The notes: generated by a model not told the origin, from the sequence alone. A stretch of DNA of 15,115 bases from an uncultured Deferribacteres bacterium (GCA_964014485.1 CAXHAT010000191.1:1-15115); one strand, 5' to 3'. Shown: positions 1 to 8,142, counted from the stretch's first letter. Numbers and translations: made by a program.

Positions 1-256
1 CGCCGTCCGGGCTGAACGCAACACCGTTAATTCCACCAGTATGCCCGGCGAGCCGCGCCACTTCCTTGCCGCTTTTCGCCTCCCACAAGCGCACCGTCTT
101 GTCATCTGAGGCGGAAGCCACGGTGGCGCCGTCCGGGCTGAACGCAACACTCCTTACATACTCGATATGTCCGGCGAGCGTCCTCAGCATTTCTCCAACG
201 AATTTGCGGCCGGGGTGGTTTTCGAACATGGGGACGGGGTTGGTGCGGCTTGGCAT
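1..256 (-). CDS. WD40-repeat protein, N-terminal part (runs off the window start)
   Basis: Not in the ORF track because it is partial. Manual translation from ATG at 256: [85 protein letters not shown]. This is the canonical GH...VAFSPDG...ASxSxDxTVRLW repeat with a 42-aa period. A GAGGGG SD-like motif lies upstream. Confidence 0.92.
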   Translation of the reverse strand, partial: MPSRTNPVPMFENHPGRKFVGEMLRTLAGHIEYVRSVAFSPDGATVASASDDKTVRLWEAKSGKEVARLAGHTGGINGVAFSPDG

Positions 257-428
257 GGTTGGTTGTCCCCTCGTTTGCGGGTTAAATGGTCTGTCTTTTA
301 CATCGGGTTTCAGGGTAAACATTTTTCAGGGTTGGCGCAATAAAATGTCGCGCCGTCGCCTTGTTCAACTATATCAGGCGGCGAGCAGCGTATACGTCGG
401 TCAACCGCTTTCGGATGGATCGAATTTC

Positions 429-678
429 AACCCTGCCGAGGCTTTCGAAATATCCCAATTTGTCATGCTGAAAGCGTCCTTTTTGATCTAACCCTTGAGC
501 TTTTGAGCGCAAGTAGATGAACAATATTTTTCAAATAATTGATCTGTTGTTTTTTAACGATTTAGATTGACGTTAATATCAAAATATTTAGGTTCACCTA
601 CTTAATCTGCACTGGGCGATAACAAAGATTCCTCCGGAATGACAAAGCGGGAGCTTTCTCGAAAGCCTCGGCAGGGTT
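429..678. repeat. Nested inverted-repeat element (MITE/REPIN-like), 250 bp
   Basis: AACCCTGCCGAGGCTTTCGA (429-448) is the exact reverse complement of 659-678. TTTGTCAT (459-466) pairs with ATGACAAA (639-646). AAGTAGATGAAC (511-522) pairs with GTTCACCTACTT (592-603) at 11/12. The interior is AT-rich. Confidence 0.75.
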
Positions 679-748
679 ATGCCGGTTGTTATTCAATTAA
701 GACCGCGCTTTTTGCCCAAACATCTGAGCACGGGGTTGGCCTCACAGC

Positions 749-2464
749 CTAAACGCGCTTGTACGGCAAGTACTCCGGCGACCACATGGCCGCGCGAATC
801 CGCTCTTCCAGGTCATCCTTGCGCAAGCCGCATTCCGGGTTGTCGTCGATATGCTGTTCGAGAATTCTCCTGGCGACATGCACCGAAATATCGCGCAAAT
901 ACTCAACGCGCGGATAGATCGCGCCTTCCGCGTAATCCCGCCCGCTGACGCATTCGGCCAAAGCCGCCGCCGCAGTGGTAAACGCTTCAGGCGAAATCGT
1001 TTCAAAATTGCCAAGAATGGCGGCCAAGCCAACGCCGGGAAAAATGAAAACATTGTTCCCCTGCCCGATTCGAAATTCTCGCTCGCCGAAAGCAACGTTT
1101 GGAAAAGGGCTGCCGGTCGCCGTGAGCACTTTGCCGTCGGTAAATGCGAACAGATCGTCGGGCGTCGCTTCACTTTTGTAGGTGGGATTTGAGAGCGGAA
1201 AAACCAAAGGTCGGTCGGTGTATTGCAACATGCTCCGAACAAGCGCCTCGTCAAATGATCCGGCATGCCCGGAAACGCCGACAAGCACGGTAATTCTTTG
1301 GTTTTTGACCAGTTCCGCCAAGCTAATCCGGCCTTCAGTTTTGACCTGCCAGGAGGACGCGAGCGAGGCGTCTTTTGCAAACGGCCGCTTGTAGTTCTCC
1401 AGCGCGTCGCGGTTGTTCAGAATCAGGCCTTTCGAATCAAGCAGGAAGAGCCGTTCCAAGGCTTGCTCTTGCGTCAAGCCGTCATTGGTCAGCGCCGCGA
1501 GAATTTGTCGCGCAATCCCGCCTCCGCCGGCGCCCGCGCCGTAAATGGCAAAATGCTGGTCCGCCAACTTCTCTTTTTTGATTTTGAGCGCAGAGAGAAT
1601 CCCGGCTAGCGTAACGGCGCCCGTTCCTTGAATATCATCGTTGAACGACGGCAATTCGTTTTCAAAGCGTTCCAGATTTTTGAAGGCGTTGTCTTTACTG
1701 AAATCTTCCCACTGCAGCACAGCATCGGGAAAGCACTTTTGAACATTTTGGACGAATTTCTCGATGAATCGATGATACTCTTCCCCTGTGATTCGGTGTT
1801 GCTTCACGCCCAGGTAAAGAGGATCGTTTAATCTTTCTTCATTGTTCGTCCCTACGTCCAGCGTAATTGGCAGGCAGCTCGCGGGATGAATTCCAGCGCC
1901 CAAAACGTACAGCGAGAGCTTGCCGATGGGGATGCCCATCCCGCCGACGCCTTGATCGCCAATGCCCAGAATTCCCTGACTGTCGGTGGCGACGATGATG
2001 CGTATATCTCGGGAAGGAAAATGATGGATCATTTCGGGCATTTCATCCACGTTGTCCGGCGTGATGTAGAGCCCCCGGGTGATTTGGAAGCGATGGCTGA
2101 ACTGCTGGCACGCTTCGCCGACAGTCGGCGTGTAGATAATCGGCAGCATCTCTTCCAAATGCTGCGAAACGAGGGCGTAGAACAGAATTTCCTTCCGATC
2201 CTGCAAAGCGCGAAGGAAAGCGTATTTGTCAATGTTCGATTGATTGCTGAGATACCCTTCGTAGACGCGTTCTATTTGTTCGTCCAGGGTCGTGATGTGG
2301 GGCGGCAGCAGACCTTCCAGATGGAATTCTTCCCTTTCTCTGGCTGAAAACGCCGTGCCTTTGTTTAGAAACTGATCATGAAGCAAATCCAGGCCGTCGA
2401 GAGGAACCGGAATGAATGATTCGCCTTGCTCATCTTTCCATTTGTAGTACTTCTCAATAGACAT
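749..2464 (-). CDS. maeA: Malic enzyme family protein (large NAD-dependent type; malate oxidoreductase, decarboxylating)
   Basis: 571 aa with IIYTPTVGEAC, ILGIGDQGVGGMGIPIGKL, QWEDF, FNDDIQGTG, GAGAGGGG, FPLSNP and GQGNNVFIFPG. AGGAG SD upstream of ATG 2464. Confidence 0.95.
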   Translation of the reverse strand: MSIEKYYKWKDEQGESFIPVPLDGLDLLHDQFLNKGTAFSAREREEFHLEGLLPPHITTLDEQIERVYEGYLSNQSNIDKYAFLRALQDRKEILFYALVSQHLEEMLPIIYTPTVGEACQQFSHRFQITRGLYITPDNVDEMPEMIHHFPSRDIRIIVATDSQGILGIGDQGVGGMGIPIGKLSLYVLGAGIHPASCLPITLDVGTNNEERLNDPLYLGVKQHRITGEEYHRFIEKFVQNVQKCFPDAVLQWEDFSKDNAFKNLERFENELPSFNDDIQGTGAVTLAGILSALKIKKEKLADQHFAIYGAGAGGGGIARQILAALTNDGLTQEQALERLFLLDSKGLILNNRDALENYKRPFAKDASLASSWQVKTEGRISLAELVKNQRITVLVGVSGHAGSFDEALVRSMLQYTDRPLVFPLSNPTYKSEATPDDLFAFTDGKVLTATGSPFPNVAFGEREFRIGQGNNVFIFPGVGLAAILGNFETISPEAFTTAAAALAECVSGRDYAEGAIYPRVEYLRDISVHVARRILEQHIDDNPECGLRKDDLEERIRAAMWSPEYLPYKRV

Positions 2465-2616
2465 TTTTGCACTCCTATGGCATTGAGTTCAAAACCTGTC
2501 CGCATTCTTATCTGAACGCCATTCCTGGCATGGGGCCGGAGCCGGCGCGACACATCCTGAGGCGTCATAGATTAAACATTTCTCCGCAGCCGTGCAACGA
2601 AAAGTCGCGCCGGTTC

Positions 2617-2714
2617 TGTTCGCCAGCGGGCGCCGCGTGTTTGCTTACGGATACCGCCGTCGCGGGCGTCGGCCAGCGCCACGCTCAAACCGGCGGGCTG
2701 GCACGTTTGTTGGC
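2617..2714 (+). promoter_or_regulatory. Putative sigma54 (-24/-12) promoter with two upstream activator-like sites
   Basis: TGGCACGTTTGTTGGC at 2699-2714 (consensus TGGCACG-N4-TTGC). Candidate activator sites TGTTCGCCAGCGGGCG (2617-2632) and TGTTTGCTTACGGATA (2638-2653) start 21 bp apart. The same layout recurs at 8273-8379. Confidence 0.6.
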
Positions 2715-2908
2715 AATTCGAGAGCGGTGAGTGAGCGAGAAAAAATAGATTTGGAAACGTTGGTTTCATGAAAACGCCGCCCGGACACGCTGAAGGCTGT
2801 TCATGTTCTCCAGCGCCTTTTGAAGGCAAATTCATCACAAAAAAGTCGCGAGTATTTTAGGATGCGGGTGAATTTACTCACGAAATTTGGCCGACGGGAA
2901 TTGGGGTG

Positions 2909-3051
2909 AAAGCCAAAGGCATTGTGCATATCGGATTGGAAATTCCGCCGCGTTGTTTTGTTGAATCCTTTCAGGATTCTTGGTTTCTCGGTGTGTCGGT
3001 TCCCAGGGTTCGTGCGAACCCTGGGCTGTGTTGTGGAACGCCTTCGGCGTT
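2909..3051. repeat. REP-like palindrome cluster
   Basis: Perfect hairpins GAATCCT-ttc-AGGATTC (2963-2979), CCCAGGGTTCG-tg-CGAACCCTGGG (3002-3025) and AACGCC-ttc-GGCGTT (3037-3051). A degenerate inverted copy of the last unit lies at about 2909-2930. Confidence 0.7.
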
Positions 3052-3145
3052 AGGCAAGAGTCGGCTTTCGACTCGTCATAAAAGCACTTTTCCGTGTAAA
3101 ATCCGCGCCGTCCGTGGCTAATTTCAATGTTCAACGGAGAAAATC

Positions 3146-4459
3146 ATGTTTAAAAATTATCTCAAAATCGCGTTTCGGGCGTTGTGGAAGGAGAAGTCGT
3201 ACGCGCTGATCGCGGTGTTTGTCGGTTTACTGGCGGGCGGCTACCCGGCTTTTTTCATTTCAGCGTTCCGCCCGATTGAAACGGTAAAAGGCAAAATGGG
3301 ATTTGGCAAGAGCGGCAATTTCTCCAGAGCGACGTTGCTGCGGCGCGGGCTGGTCGTGCTGCAATTCGCCATTTCCATCGCGCTGATCGCCGGAACCATG
3401 CTCATTTCCGGTCAGCTCAGTTTTTTGCGCCAACAAAATCTCGGTTTTGAAAAGGAGCAAATGCTCACGCTCACCGTGCGCGGACGCAGCGACCTGCCGC
3501 AGCGTTATGAAGAAATCAAGACGGCGCTCTCGCAACATTCCTCGGTGTTGGGCGCAACCTTTAGCCACAGCGTCCCCGGACGCGCCCTGTCTAACAATCT
3601 CATTGGCGATCAACAAAACCCGGATAATCGCGTGCAGATGAATCTGCTGTTCGTCGACCATGATTTTCTCGAAACCTTTGACATAGAATTGCTCGCCGGA
3701 CGCGGCTTTTCCCGCGAGATCACCACCGACGTCAACAGCAAAGTCGCCCTTTTTAACGAAGCCGCGGTGAAAGCTTTCGGTTGGGCCAACCCCGATTCCG
3801 CGCTCGGGAAACAATTCACCGGGTTCACGGGGCCGCAAGGCGTCGGCGTGGTCAAGGATTTTCATTTTAAGTCTTTGCACGAAGAGGTCGCGCCGCTCAT
3901 GATTCTGCTGCGTCCGCAGAATTTCCAATACCTTTCCCTGAAAATCAGCTCCGGCGATCCGTCCGAATTGTTGGGTTTTCTTGAACGGAAATGGCGGGAA
4001 GTATTGCCGGACACGCCGTTCGAGTATTTCTTTGTTGATGAGGATTACGACAAGCAATATCGCGCCGAACAGCGGTTAGGCGAGATTTTCAACGCCTTCG
4101 CCGTGCTGGCGATTTTCATTGGCTGCCTGGGTTTGTTTGGGCTGGCTTCCTACGCCGCCGAGCAGCGAACGAAGGAAATCGGCGTGCGCAAAGTACTCGG
4201 CGCGGGCGTGCCGGGTTTGATTCTGCTCTTGTCAAAAGAATTTGCCTGGCTCGTTGGCGTGGCATTGGCCGTCGCCGTGCCGATTTGCTATTTCGCCATC
4301 GATTCCTGGCTGCAAAACTTTGCTTTTCGCAACGAAATTTCGTGGTGGATTTTCGCCGTGGCGGGCGGTTTGGCGCTGGCGATTGCACTTCTAACGGTCA
4401 GCTCTCAGGCGATCAAGGCGGCACTGACGAATCCGGTAGAGAGTTTGAGGTGTGAATGA
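3146..4459 (+). CDS. MacB/FtsX-family ABC permease with a large in-frame internal deletion (possible pseudogene)
   Basis: 437 aa. The family N-terminus MFKNYLKIAFRALWKEKSYALI is joined directly to AVFVGLLAGGYPA. The YP motif falls at residue 33, versus 394-408 in the three intact paralogs. The second half is intact (LVVLQF, NLGFEKEQ, GVVKDFH, RTKEIGVRKVLGA, NPVESLRCE). GGAG SD present. Confidence 0.85.
   Translation: MFKNYLKIAFRALWKEKSYALIAVFVGLLAGGYPAFFISAFRPIETVKGKMGFGKSGNFSRATLLRRGLVVLQFAISIALIAGTMLISGQLSFLRQQNLGFEKEQMLTLTVRGRSDLPQRYEEIKTALSQHSSVLGATFSHSVPGRALSNNLIGDQQNPDNRVQMNLLFVDHDFLETFDIELLAGRGFSREITTDVNSKVALFNEAAVKAFGWANPDSALGKQFTGFTGPQGVGVVKDFHFKSLHEEVAPLMILLRPQNFQYLSLKISSGDPSELLGFLERKWREVLPDTPFEYFFVDEDYDKQYRAEQRLGEIFNAFAVLAIFIGCLGLFGLASYAAEQRTKEIGVRKVLGAGVPGLILLLSKEFAWLVGVALAVAVPICYFAIDSWLQNFAFRNEISWWIFAVAGGLALAIALLTVSSQAIKAALTNPVESLRCE
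4263..4459 (+). repeat. Direct repeat copy 1 (197 bp; copy 2 at 5325-5521)
   Basis: Ungapped manual alignment with 5325-5521 gives 17 mismatches in 197 nt (about 91% identity). Confidence 0.92.
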
Positions 4460-4508
4460 AAAAGGCGGGTGAAAGATAATTTGAAGCTCATCGCAGATTT
4501 TCAATTCA

Positions 4509-4910
4509 TCATTGCGCTGCAATTTTGATCGAATATTTTTTGCCGAGCTTCACGAGCTTCTTATCTCGCGTCAAAAGTGTCGCGTTGTGGCGGCGTGCGA
4601 CAACCAAATAAAGCGCATCATAAACCGGACGTCCCGCTTGGCACGCTAAGGCAAACGCTTCCTGAAACAAGAGACGAGAATTTACAAAGTCGTCAACCAG
4701 GGCAAGCGTTTGATCCAGCAATGCTTCGCAAAGGTCAATTGGCAGATCTTGAAAATTATTATATTTCCAAAAAACATTAGCGGCTTCCGGAATAAAAAGA
4801 TCGGGCGCGATAACCCAGTTCGCTTTTTCTAGAATAGAAGAAAAGAAAGGCGCCGTTTTTCGTGAAAATGCTATCTCAATCGCCGCGCTTGTATCCAAAA
4901 CATAGTTCAT
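4509..4910 (-). CDS. vapC: Type II toxin, PIN-domain ribonuclease (VapC family)
   Basis: 133 aa with PIN acidic motifs YVLDTSA, PEAAN, VYDALY and LLTRDKKL. ATGA overlap with the upstream antitoxin at 4907-4910. Confidence 0.9.
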   Translation of the reverse strand: MNYVLDTSAAIEIAFSRKTAPFFSSILEKANWVIAPDLFIPEAANVFWKYNNFQDLPIDLCEALLDQTLALVDDFVNSRLLFQEAFALACQAGRPVYDALYLVVARRHNATLLTRDKKLVKLGKKYSIKIAAQ

Positions 4911-5155
4911 CGTTCTCTATCTTCCCGAATGAGCAGCAAAGGGTCAGGTAAATCAAATTCTTTCGTCTTTTCAGTCAGTTCTGCTATTCGAGCAAGTGCA
5001 TTTTCGCGGCGCATTGAAGCTTTGATGGAAACGTCAAGGCCTTTGGCCAAAGTAATGACCGCTTGTTGAGCAAGGCTCCTGTGTCCCTTTTGCGCTTCCT
5101 GTTTCAGCTTAAAATAAATTGGATCCGGTAAATCACGAACCTGTAAAGACGGCAT
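4907..5155 (-). CDS. Ribbon-helix-helix antitoxin (FitA/VapB-like)
   Basis: 82 aa from ATG 5155, preceded by an AGGAG SD: MPSLQVRDLPDPIYFKLKQEAQKGHRSLAQQ... ending LIREDRER. Typical FitA-like RHH N-terminus, coupled to the PIN gene. Confidence 0.85.
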   Translation of the reverse strand: MPSLQVRDLPDPIYFKLKQEAQKGHRSLAQQAVITLAKGLDVSIKASMRRENALARIAELTEKTKEFDLPDPLLLIREDRER

Positions 5156-5170
5156 TTCACACTCCTGGAT

Positions 5171-5215
5171 TGATGCAAATTTCATCAGAATGCATGTTGA
5201 GCAAAATATAATGCA
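5171..5215 (-). promoter_or_regulatory. Probable TA promoter/autoregulatory operator region
   Basis: Palindrome TGATG-caaattt-CATCA (5171-5187) and three ATGCA motifs (5173, 5190, 5211) immediately upstream of the antitoxin RBS. RHH antitoxins typically bind such palindromes. Confidence 0.4.
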
Positions 5216-5324
5216 CATCAAACGAAATCAAAAGCACTTTTGTTTTGGCAGGATCACTATCGGCAATTTCACTACCTGCCTCTTTTCGTAGATTGTCATC
5301 TTGCGTTGGCAAAAAAGTCTGGTT

Positions 5325-5521
5325 CATTGGCCGTGGCCGTGCCGGTGTGCTGTTTCGCCATCGATTCCCGGCTGCAAAACTTCGCTTTTCGTAACGAAAT
5401 TTCGTGGTGGATTTTCGCCGTGGCGGGCGGTCTTGCGCTGGCGATTGCACTTCTAACGGTCAGCTCTCAGGCGATCAAAGCGGCGCTGGCGAATCCGGTC
5501 GAAAGCTTGAAGTATGAATGA
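5325..5521 (+). pseudogene. 3' remnant of an ABC permease paralog (direct repeat copy 2)
   Basis: Encodes only the last ~64 residues (LAVAVPVCCFAIDSRLQNFAFRNEISWW...ANPVESLKYE*). Similarity stops abruptly upstream of 5325. Conserved Y and W are changed to C and R. Confidence 0.88.
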
Positions 5522-5669
5522 CAAGCCGTCAAACCTCATCCCATTTCCAGCGACCCGCAGGAATCTGCAAACCAGAATTGACCACAGACTGTCTTTTAAG
5601 AACAAATTCCATTCAGCGTCCGGCTGAAAGGCGGCAATCTGGTTTTCAAGAATGGTGTGAGGTGTAATC

Positions 5670-8084
5670 ATGTTTAGAAATTACGTCAAAATTGCGCTGC
5701 GTAATTTGTGGAAAGAAAGGCTCTACGCCTTTATCAACATTTTCGGGCTTTCGATTGGAGTGGCGTGCTGCATTCTCATTGCGGCGGGCGTGCTGCGTGA
5801 GTTGAGTTTCGACGCGTTCCACGAGAATTCAAACTCAATTTACCGCCTTGTGATGAAGGAAAGCCGCGCCGACAATCTCACCATTCGAAACACGCTCTTT
5901 CCGGCGACAACGCCTCCCGCGATTGTAAAAGAATTCGCCTCAATTAAACACGCTTCCGGATTCATTAGCGTAGGCTCGCGAATTATTTATCAAGACCAAT
6001 CCTACACCGGCAGACAAGCCGAAGTCAATCCCGATTTTTTGCGCATGTTTACCTTCCCAATGATCTCCGGGGATGTAGAAACAGCGCTCAGCACGCCCAA
6101 CAACATGGTCGTATCTAAAACCTTCGCACAAAAAGTTTTTGGGATTCAAGACGGCGCGTACTCAGAAGTCATCGGCAAAGTCGTTCGTCTCGCCGGAGAA
6201 GAAGACTACCAGATCACCGGCGTGATTAAGGACGCTCCGAAAACTTCCAGTCTGAATTTCGATTTCATCATTCCGCTTGGCGACGGCCCCAAGTTCGGCG
6301 GAAACAGCAATTGGGCTGGATATTCCACCGTGTTTTTGCAATTGCACGACGCCAGCGCCGCAAAGGACTTCGCCTCACAGCTTCAATCGTTTCTGCGGCG
6401 TCACGTCGGGGAGAGCTTCCGCGGCAATCAGTCGCTTTCTGAATTGGGCGAATTTGACGAAATCATCTCAGCGGAATTGCAGCCGCTGAACGACGTTTAT
6501 TTGAACGACGACGTCAACAGCCACTACACCCGTCAAGGCAGCACAACAACGCTGTACAGCATGAGCATCGTCGCCATTTTGATTCTCGCCATCGCGTGCT
6601 TCAATTTTGTCACGCTTGCCGTAGGTCGCTCCTCCAGCCGTGCGACGGAAGTCGGAATGCGCAAGGTTCTGGGTGCGCAACGCTCGCAAGTCGCGATGCA
6701 ATTTTGGGGAGAAACCATTCTTTTGAGCCTGATTGCCCTGGGTATTGGCGTGGTTTTGGCGGAATTGACCATGCCGTCGTTCCTGACCTTAATCGGTGCG
6801 GAGCAGTTCACAATCTCCTACACGCAGAATTGGAGCATGCCGCTGAGCCTGCTCTTTATCGTCATCGTCACAGGCGTTGTCGCGGGGGCTTATCCGTCAC
6901 TCATTTTGTCACGCTTCAGACCGGTGAAAGTGCTCAAGGGCGAATTGGGCATCGCCAGCAAAGGCCGCCTGACGCGCTGGCTGGTCGTGCTGCAAAACGG
7001 CCTTTGCGTCGGCTTGCTCATTTTGACCGGCGTGATGACGCAGCAAATCACTTTTATGCAAAACAAAGACCTCGGTTTTGACAAAGAGCAAGTGGCAATT
7101 GTCAGAACTTACGGTGAAACGAACAGCGAGCGGTTCAAGCAAAAACTGGCGCAAATGCAGGGCGTCGTCAGCGCAGGCGCCAGCGACCGTTCTTTCACCA
7201 GCGGCTGGCAGACGAGAACGGCAAGAGACGAAAGCGGTGAATGGCAGACTCTGCGCCTGATTCGCGTCGACCCGGATTATCTCGAAACGCTGAAAATCGA
7301 GCTGACCGCCGGGCGTGATTTCGACCATGGACGGCCGGTCGACGTGAAAGAATCTCTTATCGTCAACGAGGCGCTCGTGCGCGCTTTCGGCTGGGATGAT
7401 CCCCTCGGAAAGCAATTGCCGGACTTGCAAACGGACAGCACCTCAGCCGCGCCAACAATTGTCGGCGTGGTCAAGGATTTTCACATCGACCGCCTGCATC
7501 GTGAATTGCAACCGCTGGTTCTGCACATGAATCCTGATCGTCATGGCCTTTACTCCTTGTTTGTCCGACTCGCGCCGGGAGACGTGCCGGAAACGCTGCG
7601 CCATATGGAAGCGGGATGGAAAGAAGTCGTCCCGGATCGTGAATTTCGCTATTCGTTTTTGGATGAAAACCTGGATCGGCAGTACGCACAGGAGCAAGTC
7701 TGGCGAAAAATTCTCGCGCTTTCGTCATTACTGACGATTGTGATCGCAAGCATGGGTTTACTCGGACTGGCGCTGCTGGCGGCCAATCGCAGAACCAAAG
7801 AAATCGGCGTGCGAAAAGTGCTCGGCGCTTCCGTCGCCAGCGTTGTGGCGGCGCTCTCCAGGGATTTTGTCAAGCTCATGCTGCTCGCCAATGTGCTCGG
7901 CTGGCCTTTGGCGTATTTCACGGCGACGCAATGGTTGAAAAATTTTGCGTATCGCATCGACATGTCCGTCTGGGTCTTTTTAGCGGCGGGAGCGCTGAGT
8001 CTGGGAATTGCGCTTTTGACCATTTGTTTCCGCTCGCTCAAAGCCGCGTTGGCAAATCCGATTGAGAGTTTGCGGTACGAATAG
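5670..8084 (+). CDS. Duplicated MacB/FtsX-family ABC transporter permease
   Basis: 804 aa with two periplasmic-domain + FtsX modules: RATEVGMRKVLGA, GAYPS, DLGFDKEQ, GVVKDFH, RTKEIGVRKVLGA, NPIESLRYE. GAGGT SD. Confidence 0.95.
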   Translation: MFRNYVKIALRNLWKERLYAFINIFGLSIGVACCILIAAGVLRELSFDAFHENSNSIYRLVMKESRADNLTIRNTLFPATTPPAIVKEFASIKHASGFISVGSRIIYQDQSYTGRQAEVNPDFLRMFTFPMISGDVETALSTPNNMVVSKTFAQKVFGIQDGAYSEVIGKVVRLAGEEDYQITGVIKDAPKTSSLNFDFIIPLGDGPKFGGNSNWAGYSTVFLQLHDASAAKDFASQLQSFLRRHVGESFRGNQSLSELGEFDEIISAELQPLNDVYLNDDVNSHYTRQGSTTTLYSMSIVAILILAIACFNFVTLAVGRSSSRATEVGMRKVLGAQRSQVAMQFWGETILLSLIALGIGVVLAELTMPSFLTLIGAEQFTISYTQNWSMPLSLLFIVIVTGVVAGAYPSLILSRFRPVKVLKGELGIASKGRLTRWLVVLQNGLCVGLLILTGVMTQQITFMQNKDLGFDKEQVAIVRTYGETNSERFKQKLAQMQGVVSAGASDRSFTSGWQTRTARDESGEWQTLRLIRVDPDYLETLKIELTAGRDFDHGRPVDVKESLIVNEALVRAFGWDDPLGKQLPDLQTDSTSAAPTIVGVVKDFHIDRLHRELQPLVLHMNPDRHGLYSLFVRLAPGDVPETLRHMEAGWKEVVPDREFRYSFLDENLDRQYAQEQVWRKILALSSLLTIVIASMGLLGLALLAANRRTKEIGVRKVLGASVASVVAALSRDFVKLMLLANVLGWPLAYFTATQWLKNFAYRIDMSVWVFLAAGALSLGIALLTICFRSLKAALANPIESLRYE

Positions 8085-8142
8085 TCATCCCACATTGAGT
8101 TGTCATCAAAAACAGCACGATTCGGAAATGGGGACGCTCAAG

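Noticed and set aside
66..491. 141-aa plus-strand ORF
   Set aside because: Antisense shadow of the WD40 gene extending into intergenic DNA.
2572..3134. Minus-strand ORFs 2572-2838 and 2874-3134, and plus-strand ORF 2906-3121
   Set aside because: No recognisable motifs. They overlap the promoter module and palindromic repeats, which explain the sequence better.
3080..5241. AAAAGCACTTTT repeated at 3080-3091 and 5230-5241
   Set aside because: A low-complexity 12-mer with a near match inside maeA (about 1730). It gives no consistent boundary, so it is not called as a target-site duplication or operator.
4263..5521. Diversity-generating retroelement TR/VR pair
   Set aside because: The 17 mismatches are not adenine-specific in either direction and are mostly synonymous. 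No reverse transcriptase is in the window.
5240..5521. 93-aa ORF as an intact gene
   Set aside because: The first ~29 codons are unrelated sequence that happens to be open in front of the permease remnant, and there is no clear RBS.
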